Assembly (NCBI GenBank): GCA_034002405.1
Contig: JAVFAS010000007.1
Span: forward strand, 4,015-68,014
DNA: 64,000 nucleotides
Direction: 5' to 3'
Origin: Bacteroidota bacterium
Lineage (GTDB): Bacteria > Bacteroidota > Ignavibacteria > SZUA-365
The translations under genes and the position numbers were made by a program. The notes below the pieces were generated by a model that ran no database searches, was not told the DNA's origin, and was given only the letters and a program-made list of their open reading frames with translations. Of this stretch, positions 50,069-58,360 are shown piece after piece. Each line of letters opens with the position of its first letter. Position 1 is the first letter of the stretch.

Positions 50069-50122
50069 GGGGGATCGTTGCCGCGCGGGAGGGAATTTCT
50101 CCCTTCCCGGCGCGGCGGGATC

Positions 50123-50422
50123 ATGAGCGCATGGTCCGCGCGCGCCGTCCACGACAGCATCGTGCAGAGCTACCGGGGCCCGGCGTTCCTCGCCCAAGCG
50201 GGCAACATCTTCGCGTTGCATGTGTACCCGCTCGCTTCGGGCTCGACACGGAAATTCATGCTGGTGTTCATCACGCCGACAATGTGGTTGGGAAATACCG
50301 CGGTGGCGGAACTGCCACTGAAGCTGCTCCAGGACAACAATGCCGAGGTGAAGCCGCTGCGCAGTGTGTTCAATATGGCGGAGAATGTGTGGGGCGAGCC
50401 GACCGTCTGCGAATGCAAATAA
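50123..50422 (+). CDS. hypothetical small protein (99 aa)
   Basis: MSAWSARAVHDSIVQSYRGPAFLAQAGNIFALHV... No confident family; the alpha/beta pattern is loosely roadblock/LC7-like. Followed by a terminator. Confidence 0.3.
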   Translation: MSAWSARAVHDSIVQSYRGPAFLAQAGNIFALHVYPLASGSTRKFMLVFITPTMWLGNTAVAELPLKLLQDNNAEVKPLRSVFNMAENVWGEPTVCECK

Positions 50423-50449
50423 CCCGTCCTTCGAATTCGACCAAACGGA

Positions 50450-50478
50450 AGAACCCCGCCTGCGCGGGGTTTTTTCGT
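50450..50478. terminator. bidirectional terminator between the small ORF (plus) and nosY (minus)
   Basis: CCCCGC-CTGC-GCGGGG followed by TTTTTTCG. Confidence 0.65.
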
Positions 50479-50512
50479 TTTCTCCGATGTCCCGGAAGTC
50501 CGTCCCCGCCGA

Positions 50513-51295
50513 TCAGAAATCCGTCCGCGCGAAAAAGCGCTTTCCCATCCACAATGGAATGACGGTCCACACCGTCAGCGCGGCCGCGGACAGCAGCATG
50601 CCCACCGCGCCGCCGAAGAATCGCTGGTAGACCGCGCCGGTGTAGCCCATGAGGGCGGACACATCGAACTGCAGGGTGAGCAGGATGCGGGCGAGATCGA
50701 CGGGATTGAGGAAGCTGAATGCGAGGGCGAGAGGCTCGACCGGATAATCGGCCAGCGCATAGAACGCGAACAGCACGACACCGTCGTAGAGCAGCGCGAA
50801 GAAGAACCAGAGCAGCAGGGCCACCCCCATGCCGCGCGTGCGGTCGTGCACGCGGATCGCGACCGCGAAGGCGATGGCGGTGAAGATGATCGTCAGAAAG
50901 AGTCCGCTCGCGAGCAGCGTCAGTGGACCGCCCATTGCGCCGTCTCCGATGCGATGCGCGAGCAGGGGTACGCCGCTCCCGACAAGGAAACATCCGCTGA
51001 TCGCGCCGGTGACGACCAGCCAAGAGCTGAAATAGATGTCGCGGCGCCGCAAGGGTTGGGCGGCAAGCACTTCGAGGAATTCGCGTGAACCGTACACGTA
51101 CATCGTGCCGTAGACGATGCTGAACAGGGGAAGGATGATCAGCACGACACTCATCAATGTCACTTCCATGCCGGCGGCGGATCCCGATGCCTGGTACATC
51201 GCCTCGGTGAACACGAGAAAGAATCCGGTGAGCACGAAGACCCAACGGCTGCGCAGAACGTTGCGCAACTGATGCTTGACGAGCCGGCCGATCAT
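50513..51295 (-). CDS. nosY: nitrous-oxide reductase maturation ABC-2 type permease NosY
   Basis: Six TM helices, 260 aa. Translationally coupled to nosF (4-nt overlap). Confidence 0.8.
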   Translation of the reverse strand: MIGRLVKHQLRNVLRSRWVFVLTGFFLVFTEAMYQASGSAAGMEVTLMSVVLIILPLFSIVYGTMYVYGSREFLEVLAAQPLRRRDIYFSSWLVVTGAISGCFLVGSGVPLLAHRIGDGAMGGPLTLLASGLFLTIIFTAIAFAVAIRVHDRTRGMGVALLLWFFFALLYDGVVLFAFYALADYPVEPLALAFSFLNPVDLARILLTLQFDVSALMGYTGAVYQRFFGGAVGMLLSAAALTVWTVIPLWMGKRFFARTDF

Positions 51296-52125
51296 GCGCG
51301 TACCTCCCGAAGACGGGTCCCGCCCGCATCCGCAGCCGCGTGATGATCGATGACTGTATCGGAAAAACGGATCTGATTGCCGTCTGATGCCGACGGCGCG
51401 ATCCCGGATCGCGTGTTGCCTCCCGCGCGCGCGATGAGCACGGCGATGGCATCCTCGGCCGCGTGCTCTCCCGTGCGCGCGTACAGTGCGTCGAGCGTGC
51501 CGTCGAACACCACCGCGCCTTCGAGCAGGAATACGATGTGATCGGCGAGTTCCTCGATGTCGCCCATGATGTGGGACGTGAAAATAATGGTCTTGCCCGC
51601 GGCTTTCTCGCGCGCGACGGCGTCCTTGAAACGACGGGCCATCAGCGGATCGAGGCCCGCCGTGGGTTCGTCGAAGATGTACACCGGCGCGTCATACATC
51701 AGCGTCATCACCGCGCAGACGCGCTGCCGCGTGCCGCCGGACAACCCCTTCAACGGTTTGGGCAGCAGATCGGCCAGTTCGAAGCGCGCGAGCATCTCCT
51801 CCGTTCGTGTCGGCTGCCGCGGTCGCAGATCGGCGATCATGGCGAGGAATTCCCGGATGGTGAGATTCTCCGGGAAACGCGCGATCTGCGGCATGTAGCT
51901 GATGTGCTCGCGCACGGCGCGCTCGTCGGTTGGCGCGGCGCCGTTCCAAAGCACGGTGCCGCGGTCGGGACGTACCAGCCCCAGCAGCGTTTTCAGTGCC
52001 GTGGTCTTTCCCGATCCGTTCGGTCCGAGCAACGCGGTCATCCGCCCAACGGGAAAATCAATACTGACGCCATCGAGCGCTCGTTCGCGCCCAAAGGATT
52101 TGACGATGTCTGAAAGGCCGATCAT
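51292..52125 (-). CDS. nosF: ABC transporter ATP-binding protein NosF
   Basis: Walker A GPNGSGKTT. Signature LSGGTRQR. Walker B IFDEPTAGLD. Overlaps nosD by 4 nt. Confidence 0.85.
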   Translation of the reverse strand: MIGLSDIVKSFGRERALDGVSIDFPVGRMTALLGPNGSGKTTALKTLLGLVRPDRGTVLWNGAAPTDERAVREHISYMPQIARFPENLTIREFLAMIADLRPRQPTRTEEMLARFELADLLPKPLKGLSGGTRQRVCAVMTLMYDAPVYIFDEPTAGLDPLMARRFKDAVAREKAAGKTIIFTSHIMGDIEELADHIVFLLEGAVVFDGTLDALYARTGEHAAEDAIAVLIARAGGNTRSGIAPSASDGNQIRFSDTVIDHHAAADAGGTRLREVRA

Positions 52126-53396
52126 GCGGGTGTGCCCCTTCCATCCGGTTCGCGCATGAGGGGACGCGCGTCCTTGAGAGTTTCGGGTGTGACGGTCGGA
52201 AAGATGCGCTCGGTGACGTCGAGCATGGCGATGAAGAAGCTGTTGAGCAGGATGATCGCGGGTGGATTCTTCTCGACGATGTAGGAGAAGATGCGGACGG
52301 GACGGTAGGGAACATCGCCAATCCCGTCGCGATCGATATCGTAGCCGCGATAGGAGTCCCAGTAGTTTCCCGTGAACCAGCTTTCATTGCGCGTACTGTT
52401 GGTCGCGACATCGAAGCTGTTGCGGCGGAAACTGTTGGTCGCGAAGGTGTTTCCCGTGCAGTTGGCCATGAGGCGGATGGCCCAGCCGTTGCGCAGGAAT
52501 TCATTGCGCGTCACGGTCAGACGGGAGCCCCCCTCCGCGTACACACCGGTGGTGTTCCCGACAAAGCTGTTCGAGTCGATACGGCTGTCGCTGATGTCCT
52601 TGAGCAGCAGTCCATACGACGCACTGCCCCAGTTGTCGTGAAAACGATTGCCGCGCATGCCGATGCGCCGCGAGTACATCACCGCCACGCCGCTTCCATT
52701 CCGCGTGAAGGTGTTGTCGAGATAGACATCGTCATCGGAGAACATGAAATGGAGTCCGTATCGCAGATTGCCGGTACTGACATTGCCGCGGATGACACTC
52801 GCCCGGGTGAATTCGAGATAAATGCCGTCGCGATGCCGCGCGGTGTGATTGTCCGCGATCAACAGCGAATCGCTGTACCAGCTGTGGATGCCGTTACCCG
52901 AGGCCGATTCCCGCCGCGCCTCCCCCGCGAGCGTGTTTCCACGAATAATGCAGCGCGCGGAGCGCGCGAGATAGATACCGAAAAAGGTGTCCTCGAGCCG
53001 CAGACGCTCGAACCGGCAGAATCGCGCACTGGTGGCCTTGACCGCGGCGCGGTCCTCGGTATAGCTGTATCCGGTATTCCGGAGTGTCAGATCCGCGATC
53101 CACACGCTGTCGGCGCGCACGAGGAAGATCCCCTGCGTGCCACCGCCGTCGATCACGACCGTGCCACGTCCGTGAATCCGGAGTGGCTTGTCGATCACGA
53201 TCGACCCCTCGTCGTAACGGCCCGCATGAATGCGGATCAGGTCCCCCGGTGCGGCGGCATGCACCGCGTCGGCGATCCGCGTACCCGGACGCACATGATG
53301 GATAGCGGCCTGCGCGGGGACGGCCAGCATCAGAAACACCGGCGTCAGGATCAGCCCCCCGCGGAGCAGGAAGAGGAACCGCGTCATGCTCACCAC
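52122..53396 (-). CDS. nosD: periplasmic copper-processing beta-helix protein NosD
   Basis: Signal peptide. Repeated parallel-beta-helix units (IRGNxxxGNxxYG, HDN...). 424 aa. Confidence 0.85.
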   Translation of the reverse strand: MVSMTRFLFLLRGGLILTPVFLMLAVPAQAAIHHVRPGTRIADAVHAAAPGDLIRIHAGRYDEGSIVIDKPLRIHGRGTVVIDGGGTQGIFLVRADSVWIADLTLRNTGYSYTEDRAAVKATSARFCRFERLRLEDTFFGIYLARSARCIIRGNTLAGEARRESASGNGIHSWYSDSLLIADNHTARHRDGIYLEFTRASVIRGNVSTGNLRYGLHFMFSDDDVYLDNTFTRNGSGVAVMYSRRIGMRGNRFHDNWGSASYGLLLKDISDSRIDSNSFVGNTTGVYAEGGSRLTVTRNEFLRNGWAIRLMANCTGNTFATNSFRRNSFDVATNSTRNESWFTGNYWDSYRGYDIDRDGIGDVPYRPVRIFSYIVEKNPPAIILLNSFFIAMLDVTERIFPTVTPETLKDARPLMREPDGRGTPA

Positions 53397-53845
53397 TCTT
53401 TCGCGACCAGCAGCCGGACGCCGGTCCAGCGATACAGCTCGCCACCGATACGCTGCTGTTCGCTCGCGTACTTCGTCTTGGTCTCGAAGGCGGCGAGGTT
53501 CATGCCCATCGGACTGCGGATGTCCTCATGGCGCAGATACCATGCCTTGGCCGCGTCGATGAATGTGCCGGGAGCGTCGTGACGCATCACCCAGATGCTG
53601 TTGATGTCTTCCTCCAGAACGGTGTTGTCGTTGACCGCGGCGGCCATGCATTCCACCGCATCGTAGACATGGATCTTTCCCGTATTCGTCACCAGCTGTG
53701 CCGCGAAGCGTGCGTCGGTGACGGTCATCTTGCAATGCGCGCATTCCTCCTTGCCGAGGTCGATATCTCGCGGACCCGGTGAACAGGCGGCGAGCAGCAC
53801 CATGCAGACGACGGCCATACCCAGGATCGAACTTCTCCATTTCAT
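53390..53845 (-). CDS. nosL: copper chaperone lipoprotein NosL
   Basis: Lipobox LLAACSPG. ECAHCKM metal-binding motif. About 150 aa. The start could instead be 53851. Confidence 0.75.
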   Translation of the reverse strand: MKWRSSILGMAVVCMVLLAACSPGPRDIDLGKEECAHCKMTVTDARFAAQLVTNTGKIHVYDAVECMAAAVNDNTVLEEDINSIWVMRHDAPGTFIDAAKAWYLRHEDIRSPMGMNLAAFETKTKYASEQQRIGGELYRWTGVRLLVAKEW

Positions 53846-53867
53846 CGCCATTGCGTTCCTCATGTGA

Positions 53868-54500
53868 TCAATTCGGGGAGACGTTTCTGCCAAGATCATT
53901 GTCGAGTCGCTGGAGCTTCCCGGCCCGCGGTGGTCGTGGCCGCGACCGCCACCAGGCCCATGCCGCCAGCATTCCGCTCACGGCGGCAATCATCGCGCCG
54001 ATGCCGGGATAGGAGTGCGCCATGAAATTCAGGATCTGTTCCGAACCGATCAGCGGCGGTTGATAGGACATACCGGGAATCTTGATGATCGCCCTCGGAT
54101 CGAGATCATGACCGTAATTATATTCCCAGATATAGAAATCAATCATGCCGGCAACTCCGAGCACCGCGAACAGCAGCACCCATGCGAGCGCGGTCCATCG
54201 CCGTCCCCACGCCGCGGCGCCGAGTCCCAGCACGATCATCCCCGCCATGATGAAGGGCATATACGCCAGTTCGGCGATCGAATCCGGTTCGATGCGCTTC
54301 ATGCCGATATAGTGATTGAGATTGTTGATGCTTTCGAGATCGTTGGGTGACGCGCCTTCCACCGTGTGGAGGAAGATGTTCATGCCCAGCCCTTCGGGAT
54401 ACTGCGGTGCCTCGAGTTCGATCTGCCAGAGCGGCAGCACGAATGTTCCGACGAGGAGCAGTGCCGCGGTGGCGAGCAGCAGGCGCGATGTGCGGTCCAT
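53868..54500 (-). CDS. NosB-like integral membrane protein (clade II nos cluster accessory)
   Basis: 210 aa with about five TM helices. Directly downstream of nosZ, as in atypical (clade II) nos clusters. Confidence 0.55.
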   Translation of the reverse strand: MDRTSRLLLATAALLLVGTFVLPLWQIELEAPQYPEGLGMNIFLHTVEGASPNDLESINNLNHYIGMKRIEPDSIAELAYMPFIMAGMIVLGLGAAAWGRRWTALAWVLLFAVLGVAGMIDFYIWEYNYGHDLDPRAIIKIPGMSYQPPLIGSEQILNFMAHSYPGIGAMIAAVSGMLAAWAWWRSRPRPPRAGKLQRLDNDLGRNVSPN

Positions 54501-54572
54501 GCGTTCGTTCCTTTCCCCGCGCCGCGGCCGCGGCCCCTCGTTCCTCGGGACCGCGGCCGGCGTCGGGATGTG

Positions 54573-56537
54573 CTATTGCTTGAGTCCGTTGTGTTTCAGC
54601 GCGACGCTGGATCCCGCGGGGGACACGCGCACGTAGCCCTGCATTTCCTGATGCAGCGCCGAACAGAAATCGGTGCAGTACATCGGAAATATGCCGGGAC
54701 GATCGGGCAGCCATTTGATCGTCTGGGTTTCACCAGGCATGACCAGCAGTTCCGCGGTCCGCGCGCCCTTGATGGCAAAGCCATGCGGGGTATCCCAATC
54801 CTGTTCGAGATTCGTCAGATGAAAATACACTTCATCGCCGACTTTGATGCCTTCGATGACATCGGGTTTGAAATGCGAGCGAATCGAGGTGATATACACG
54901 CGCACGACCTTGCCGCTGCGCTCGACGCGCGTGTCCTTCTCACCCAGCGTCACATGGGGATGGGTGTTTTCCATGATCTTGTATGCCCGCACCGATTTCT
55001 CCTTGATCAGCTCGGCCGGCAAGGCCTGCGCGTAATGCGGTTCGCCGATGGTGGGAAAATCGCTCAGGAGTTTCATCTTGCTGCCGGTGATGTCGTACAG
55101 CTGCGCCGACTGCGTGAGTTCGGGCCCCGTGGGCAGGTAGCGATCCTTGGTGATCTTGTTGAGCGCGATGACATATTTCCCGTACGGCTTTTTCGAATCG
55201 CCGCCGGGAATCATCAAGTGACCGATCGAATAGTACGTCGGCACCCGGTCGAGCACGGTGAAATCCTTCAGGCTCCATTTGACGATCTCGGAGGAGACGA
55301 ACATCGACGTGTACGCGTTGCCGTCGTTGTCGAACTCGGTATGCAGCGGTCCCAGGCCCGGCTTCTCCACCTCGCCCGCGAGCACGGCCTCATAGCTCAG
55401 AACCGGGATATCATGCACGGTGGCATCGAATTTTTTCGCGTCGATGGCTTTCAGCATTTTCGAAAACGAGAAAACCGGGATCACCGTCGCGAGCTTCCCG
55501 CCGCCGACGATGTACTCACCCGTGGGATCCACATCGGCGCCATGCGGCGATTTCGGCGTGGGCAGGAAGTAGATCATGTCGGGACAGTCCTTCGGATCGA
55601 GTACCAGCACCCCGTCCTTCATCGTCGAGGTGGCGGTGTGGGACTTTTCGTCGTACACATTGTGTGCATACCGGCCCGGCATTTTCTTCGCCTTGCCCTG
55701 CGCGACATACTGCTCGGCTTTTTTCCAATTGATGGCGGCGATGAAGTCCTTGTCGTTCTGACTCGCTTCCACCTCGAGCATGGTATGCGCCTGCTCGGTG
55801 TTGTAGGTGGAGAAGAACATCCAGTCGGCCGACGGCCCCTTCCCTGCGTGGGCAAGGTCGTAGTCAAAACCCGGCATGAGAATCTGGAATGCGATGTCCA
55901 TGTTCCCGTGCTCCTTGTCCACGCTGACGAAGCTCAGCATGCCGCGGAAGTTTTCCTTGTAGCTTTCGATGGGGACGTCCTGGTTCTCGAACATCGGAAT
56001 GCTGAAACGTGTCCCCGCCACGACGTACTCCGAATTTTCCGTGGTGAACGGCGAGGAATGGTTTCCCGCGGAATTGGGAATTTCGATGATTTCCGTCGTG
56101 CGGAAGGTCGTCAGGTCGATGCGCGCGATGCGCGGGGTGTTGTTGCCGTTAATGAAGATCCACCTGCCGTCGGGTACACCGTCGGTCATGGAGAATTCGG
56201 GGTGATGCGCATCATCCCATGGCACGAAGCCAAAGGACGTGTTGAGCATGGGAATGGTCTCCTCGGTGTAGCCCCAGCCCTTTTCGGGATCCTGGGAAAA
56301 CACGGGGATGACGCGGAACAGGCGTCCGCTGGGCAGACCGTAGACGGACATCTGTCCACTAAAGCCGCCCGACATGAAGGCGTATAGCTCGTCATGGGTG
56401 CCGGGCGCGACGTACACGCGCGACGCCGCGTCGCCCGCGGCGCCGGCGTCCTTCGCGCTGTTGCATGCGACGAACAGCGTGCCCGCGACCATGACGATGG
56501 CGACTACGACGGAACGTGGAAACAATCCTGGATTCAT
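54573..56537 (-). CDS. nosZ: nitrous-oxide reductase NosZ, Sec-type (clade II)
   Basis: 654 aa. N-terminal signal peptide without a twin-arginine (Sec-dependent). Possibly a lipobox (LFVACNS). Seven-bladed propeller CuZ region. C-terminal CuA motif CTDFCSALHQEM. Confidence 0.95.
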   Translation of the reverse strand: MNPGLFPRSVVVAIVMVAGTLFVACNSAKDAGAAGDAASRVYVAPGTHDELYAFMSGGFSGQMSVYGLPSGRLFRVIPVFSQDPEKGWGYTEETIPMLNTSFGFVPWDDAHHPEFSMTDGVPDGRWIFINGNNTPRIARIDLTTFRTTEIIEIPNSAGNHSSPFTTENSEYVVAGTRFSIPMFENQDVPIESYKENFRGMLSFVSVDKEHGNMDIAFQILMPGFDYDLAHAGKGPSADWMFFSTYNTEQAHTMLEVEASQNDKDFIAAINWKKAEQYVAQGKAKKMPGRYAHNVYDEKSHTATSTMKDGVLVLDPKDCPDMIYFLPTPKSPHGADVDPTGEYIVGGGKLATVIPVFSFSKMLKAIDAKKFDATVHDIPVLSYEAVLAGEVEKPGLGPLHTEFDNDGNAYTSMFVSSEIVKWSLKDFTVLDRVPTYYSIGHLMIPGGDSKKPYGKYVIALNKITKDRYLPTGPELTQSAQLYDITGSKMKLLSDFPTIGEPHYAQALPAELIKEKSVRAYKIMENTHPHVTLGEKDTRVERSGKVVRVYITSIRSHFKPDVIEGIKVGDEVYFHLTNLEQDWDTPHGFAIKGARTAELLVMPGETQTIKWLPDRPGIFPMYCTDFCSALHQEMQGYVRVSPAGSSVALKHNGLKQ

Positions 56538-56619
56538 GGAACAACCTCCTGCGTGGAAGGGATGGATGGGTCGCGGAATCGCGTGAGATTAGTGGTGTTC
56601 AGGATTCGTTTTGTGTCTG

Positions 56620-57081
56620 TCAGCGGGTTTCCGCGACGGCACGCAGATGCTCGAGCACATACCGGGCGTCGGTCTCGTTGACCTGCGCGCTCGGCATCTT
56701 CGTCAAATACTCCTGCAACAGGCAGCGCGCGGTGTCATCCTTCTCGAGCATGACTTCGGTGTCGAGCATCATGTTCATGATATACACCGGCGTGCGCCGT
56801 TTGAACACCGTTCCGAGTTCCGGACCGACATACCGCTCGTCGAGCTTGTGACAGGCTGAACAGACCACGTTGAAAATTTTTTCTCCCTTCTCGGCGTATT
56901 CCGCGTTGAGCTGGGCGTCCATCGACACCTCCGTGATCTTGCCGTACGTCGCCTTGGCCGTTTCCTCCGCCGCGGCCGCCGCGGCCTGCGTGTCCTGCTG
57001 CTCCCCTCCCGAATTGCCGCACCCGCTGATGAACAGCAACACGGCTGCCACGATACCCCCGTATATCCGACGATGCTCCAT
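56620..57081 (-). CDS. lipoprotein mono-haem cytochrome c (class I), nos-associated
   Basis: Lipobox FISGCG. CSACH haem motif. Met in MMLDTEVML as the probable sixth ligand. First gene of the nos operon. Confidence 0.85.
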   Translation of the reverse strand: MEHRRIYGGIVAAVLLFISGCGNSGGEQQDTQAAAAAAEETAKATYGKITEVSMDAQLNAEYAEKGEKIFNVVCSACHKLDERYVGPELGTVFKRRTPVYIMNMMLDTEVMLEKDDTARCLLQEYLTKMPSAQVNETDARYVLEHLRAVAETR

Positions 57082-57139
57082 GATTATTCTCCTGTCTGGA
57101 AAAATGTGAAACGGACTGTGCCAGTGATCGGAAACCTTG

Positions 57140-57163
57140 AATATCGAGTTTTTACTCGATTTT
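57140..57163. promoter_or_regulatory. palindrome AATATCGAG-TTTTTA-CTCGATTTT in the nos promoter, near-identical in architecture to the Rrf2 operator at 21636
   Basis: About 60 nt upstream of the cytochrome c start. 9-bp arms (one mismatch) and a 6-bp AT spacer, matching AATATCGA[CG]-N6-[CG]TCGATATT. Confidence 0.5.
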
Positions 57164-57526
57164 TAAGCGAAAAGGAACGCCGCATCCCGCGCCACGGATC
57201 GGTCAAGGTCTCGCAGGCCTGCAGCGTTTGGCTTAATGTAGAGTTTTTTCTCTACGTTCGCAAGATGGGGGAAGAAAAAAAATCAAATCTTTCTGAAATC
57301 GATGCCGGTCGTCTCACGGCACCCCTGTCCGGAACGCGAAGCCCAGCGGTGGTGAATCGCGCACGCTCACCACCATTCCAGACGCAACGCAGGGAGATAT
57401 CTTTTTCCTGCGATGGATGCAACCCCTGCGTGCTTCCGCCGTACGCTCTGCCGTGCCTTCCATCCGCGGCATGGTGCCGCGCGCCTGAGTGGGAGGCAGC
57501 AATCACTTGAATTCTGGAGTTTTTCG

Positions 57527-58171
57527 ATGAAACGCGTTCTCTCATTCCTTGCCCTCTCCCTGGCGCTCCTCACCGCCACCGCATCGGCGCAGGAACAACA
57601 CGAAACACTTTTTTCCTCGCCCGTCGAGCATGGCGGTTTTGGCGGCGTCGTCACCAAGATGACATCGATCCGCGGGGAGATGGGATTGATGGTGGGCGGC
57701 TACGGCGGCTGGCTCATCGACCATCGCTTGATGCTCGGCATGGGCGGATACGGACTGGCGAGTAGCATCCGTGCACGCAGTGAGGCCGAGCAGACCTACG
57801 CGCCGAACGGGGAACGTCTCTATGTTGAATTCGGATATGGCGGTCTGATGCTTGAGTATATCCTCGCTCCACACCGCCTCGTGCACGTCAATGTGCAGGC
57901 ACTGGTCGGCGCGGGCGGGGTCAATTATCGCGAGGACTGGTATGACGACTTCCTCGACGACAATCCCGACCACCGGCATCATGGCCGCGTCGAGGCGCTG
58001 TTCGTCGTCGAACCGGCGGTGAATGTGGAACTCAACATCACCGATTGGATGCGTCTCTCGGCCGGTGCGAGCTATCGCTTCGTCAATGGGATTGATGAGC
58101 TGCGTGGGATCGAGGACACGGATCTCTCCGGCGCTTCCGGACAGCTCGCGCTGAAATTCGGCGCGTTCTGA
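57527..58171 (+). CDS. hypothetical outer-membrane beta-barrel-like protein (214 aa)
   Basis: Signal peptide LSFLALSLALLTATASAQ. Gly/aromatic-rich strands. C-terminal LKFGAF. Divergent from the nos operon. Confidence 0.45.
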   Translation: MKRVLSFLALSLALLTATASAQEQHETLFSSPVEHGGFGGVVTKMTSIRGEMGLMVGGYGGWLIDHRLMLGMGGYGLASSIRARSEAEQTYAPNGERLYVEFGYGGLMLEYILAPHRLVHVNVQALVGAGGVNYREDWYDDFLDDNPDHRHHGRVEALFVVEPAVNVELNITDWMRLSAGASYRFVNGIDELRGIEDTDLSGASGQLALKFGAF

Positions 58172-58360
58172 TTTTCTCTGGAAATCCTTCCGCTTCCGCG
58201 CGCATCCCTGACCGCCTCGGGGATGCGCGTCCTCTTTTCGCGACGCGGCACAGGGATGGTCTTCTCCCCGTTGCCCGTTCCGTTCCCCTTTCCGCTTCGT
58301 TATATTTCAGGGACTGGACCGTACGGTCCACCGTTCCGTCACGCAATTCGTCGGACCCTC

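Noticed and set aside
54366-56387. 673-aa plus-strand ORF opposite nosZ
   Set aside because: NosZ on the minus strand carries the CuA motif and propeller. The antisense frame is compositional noise.
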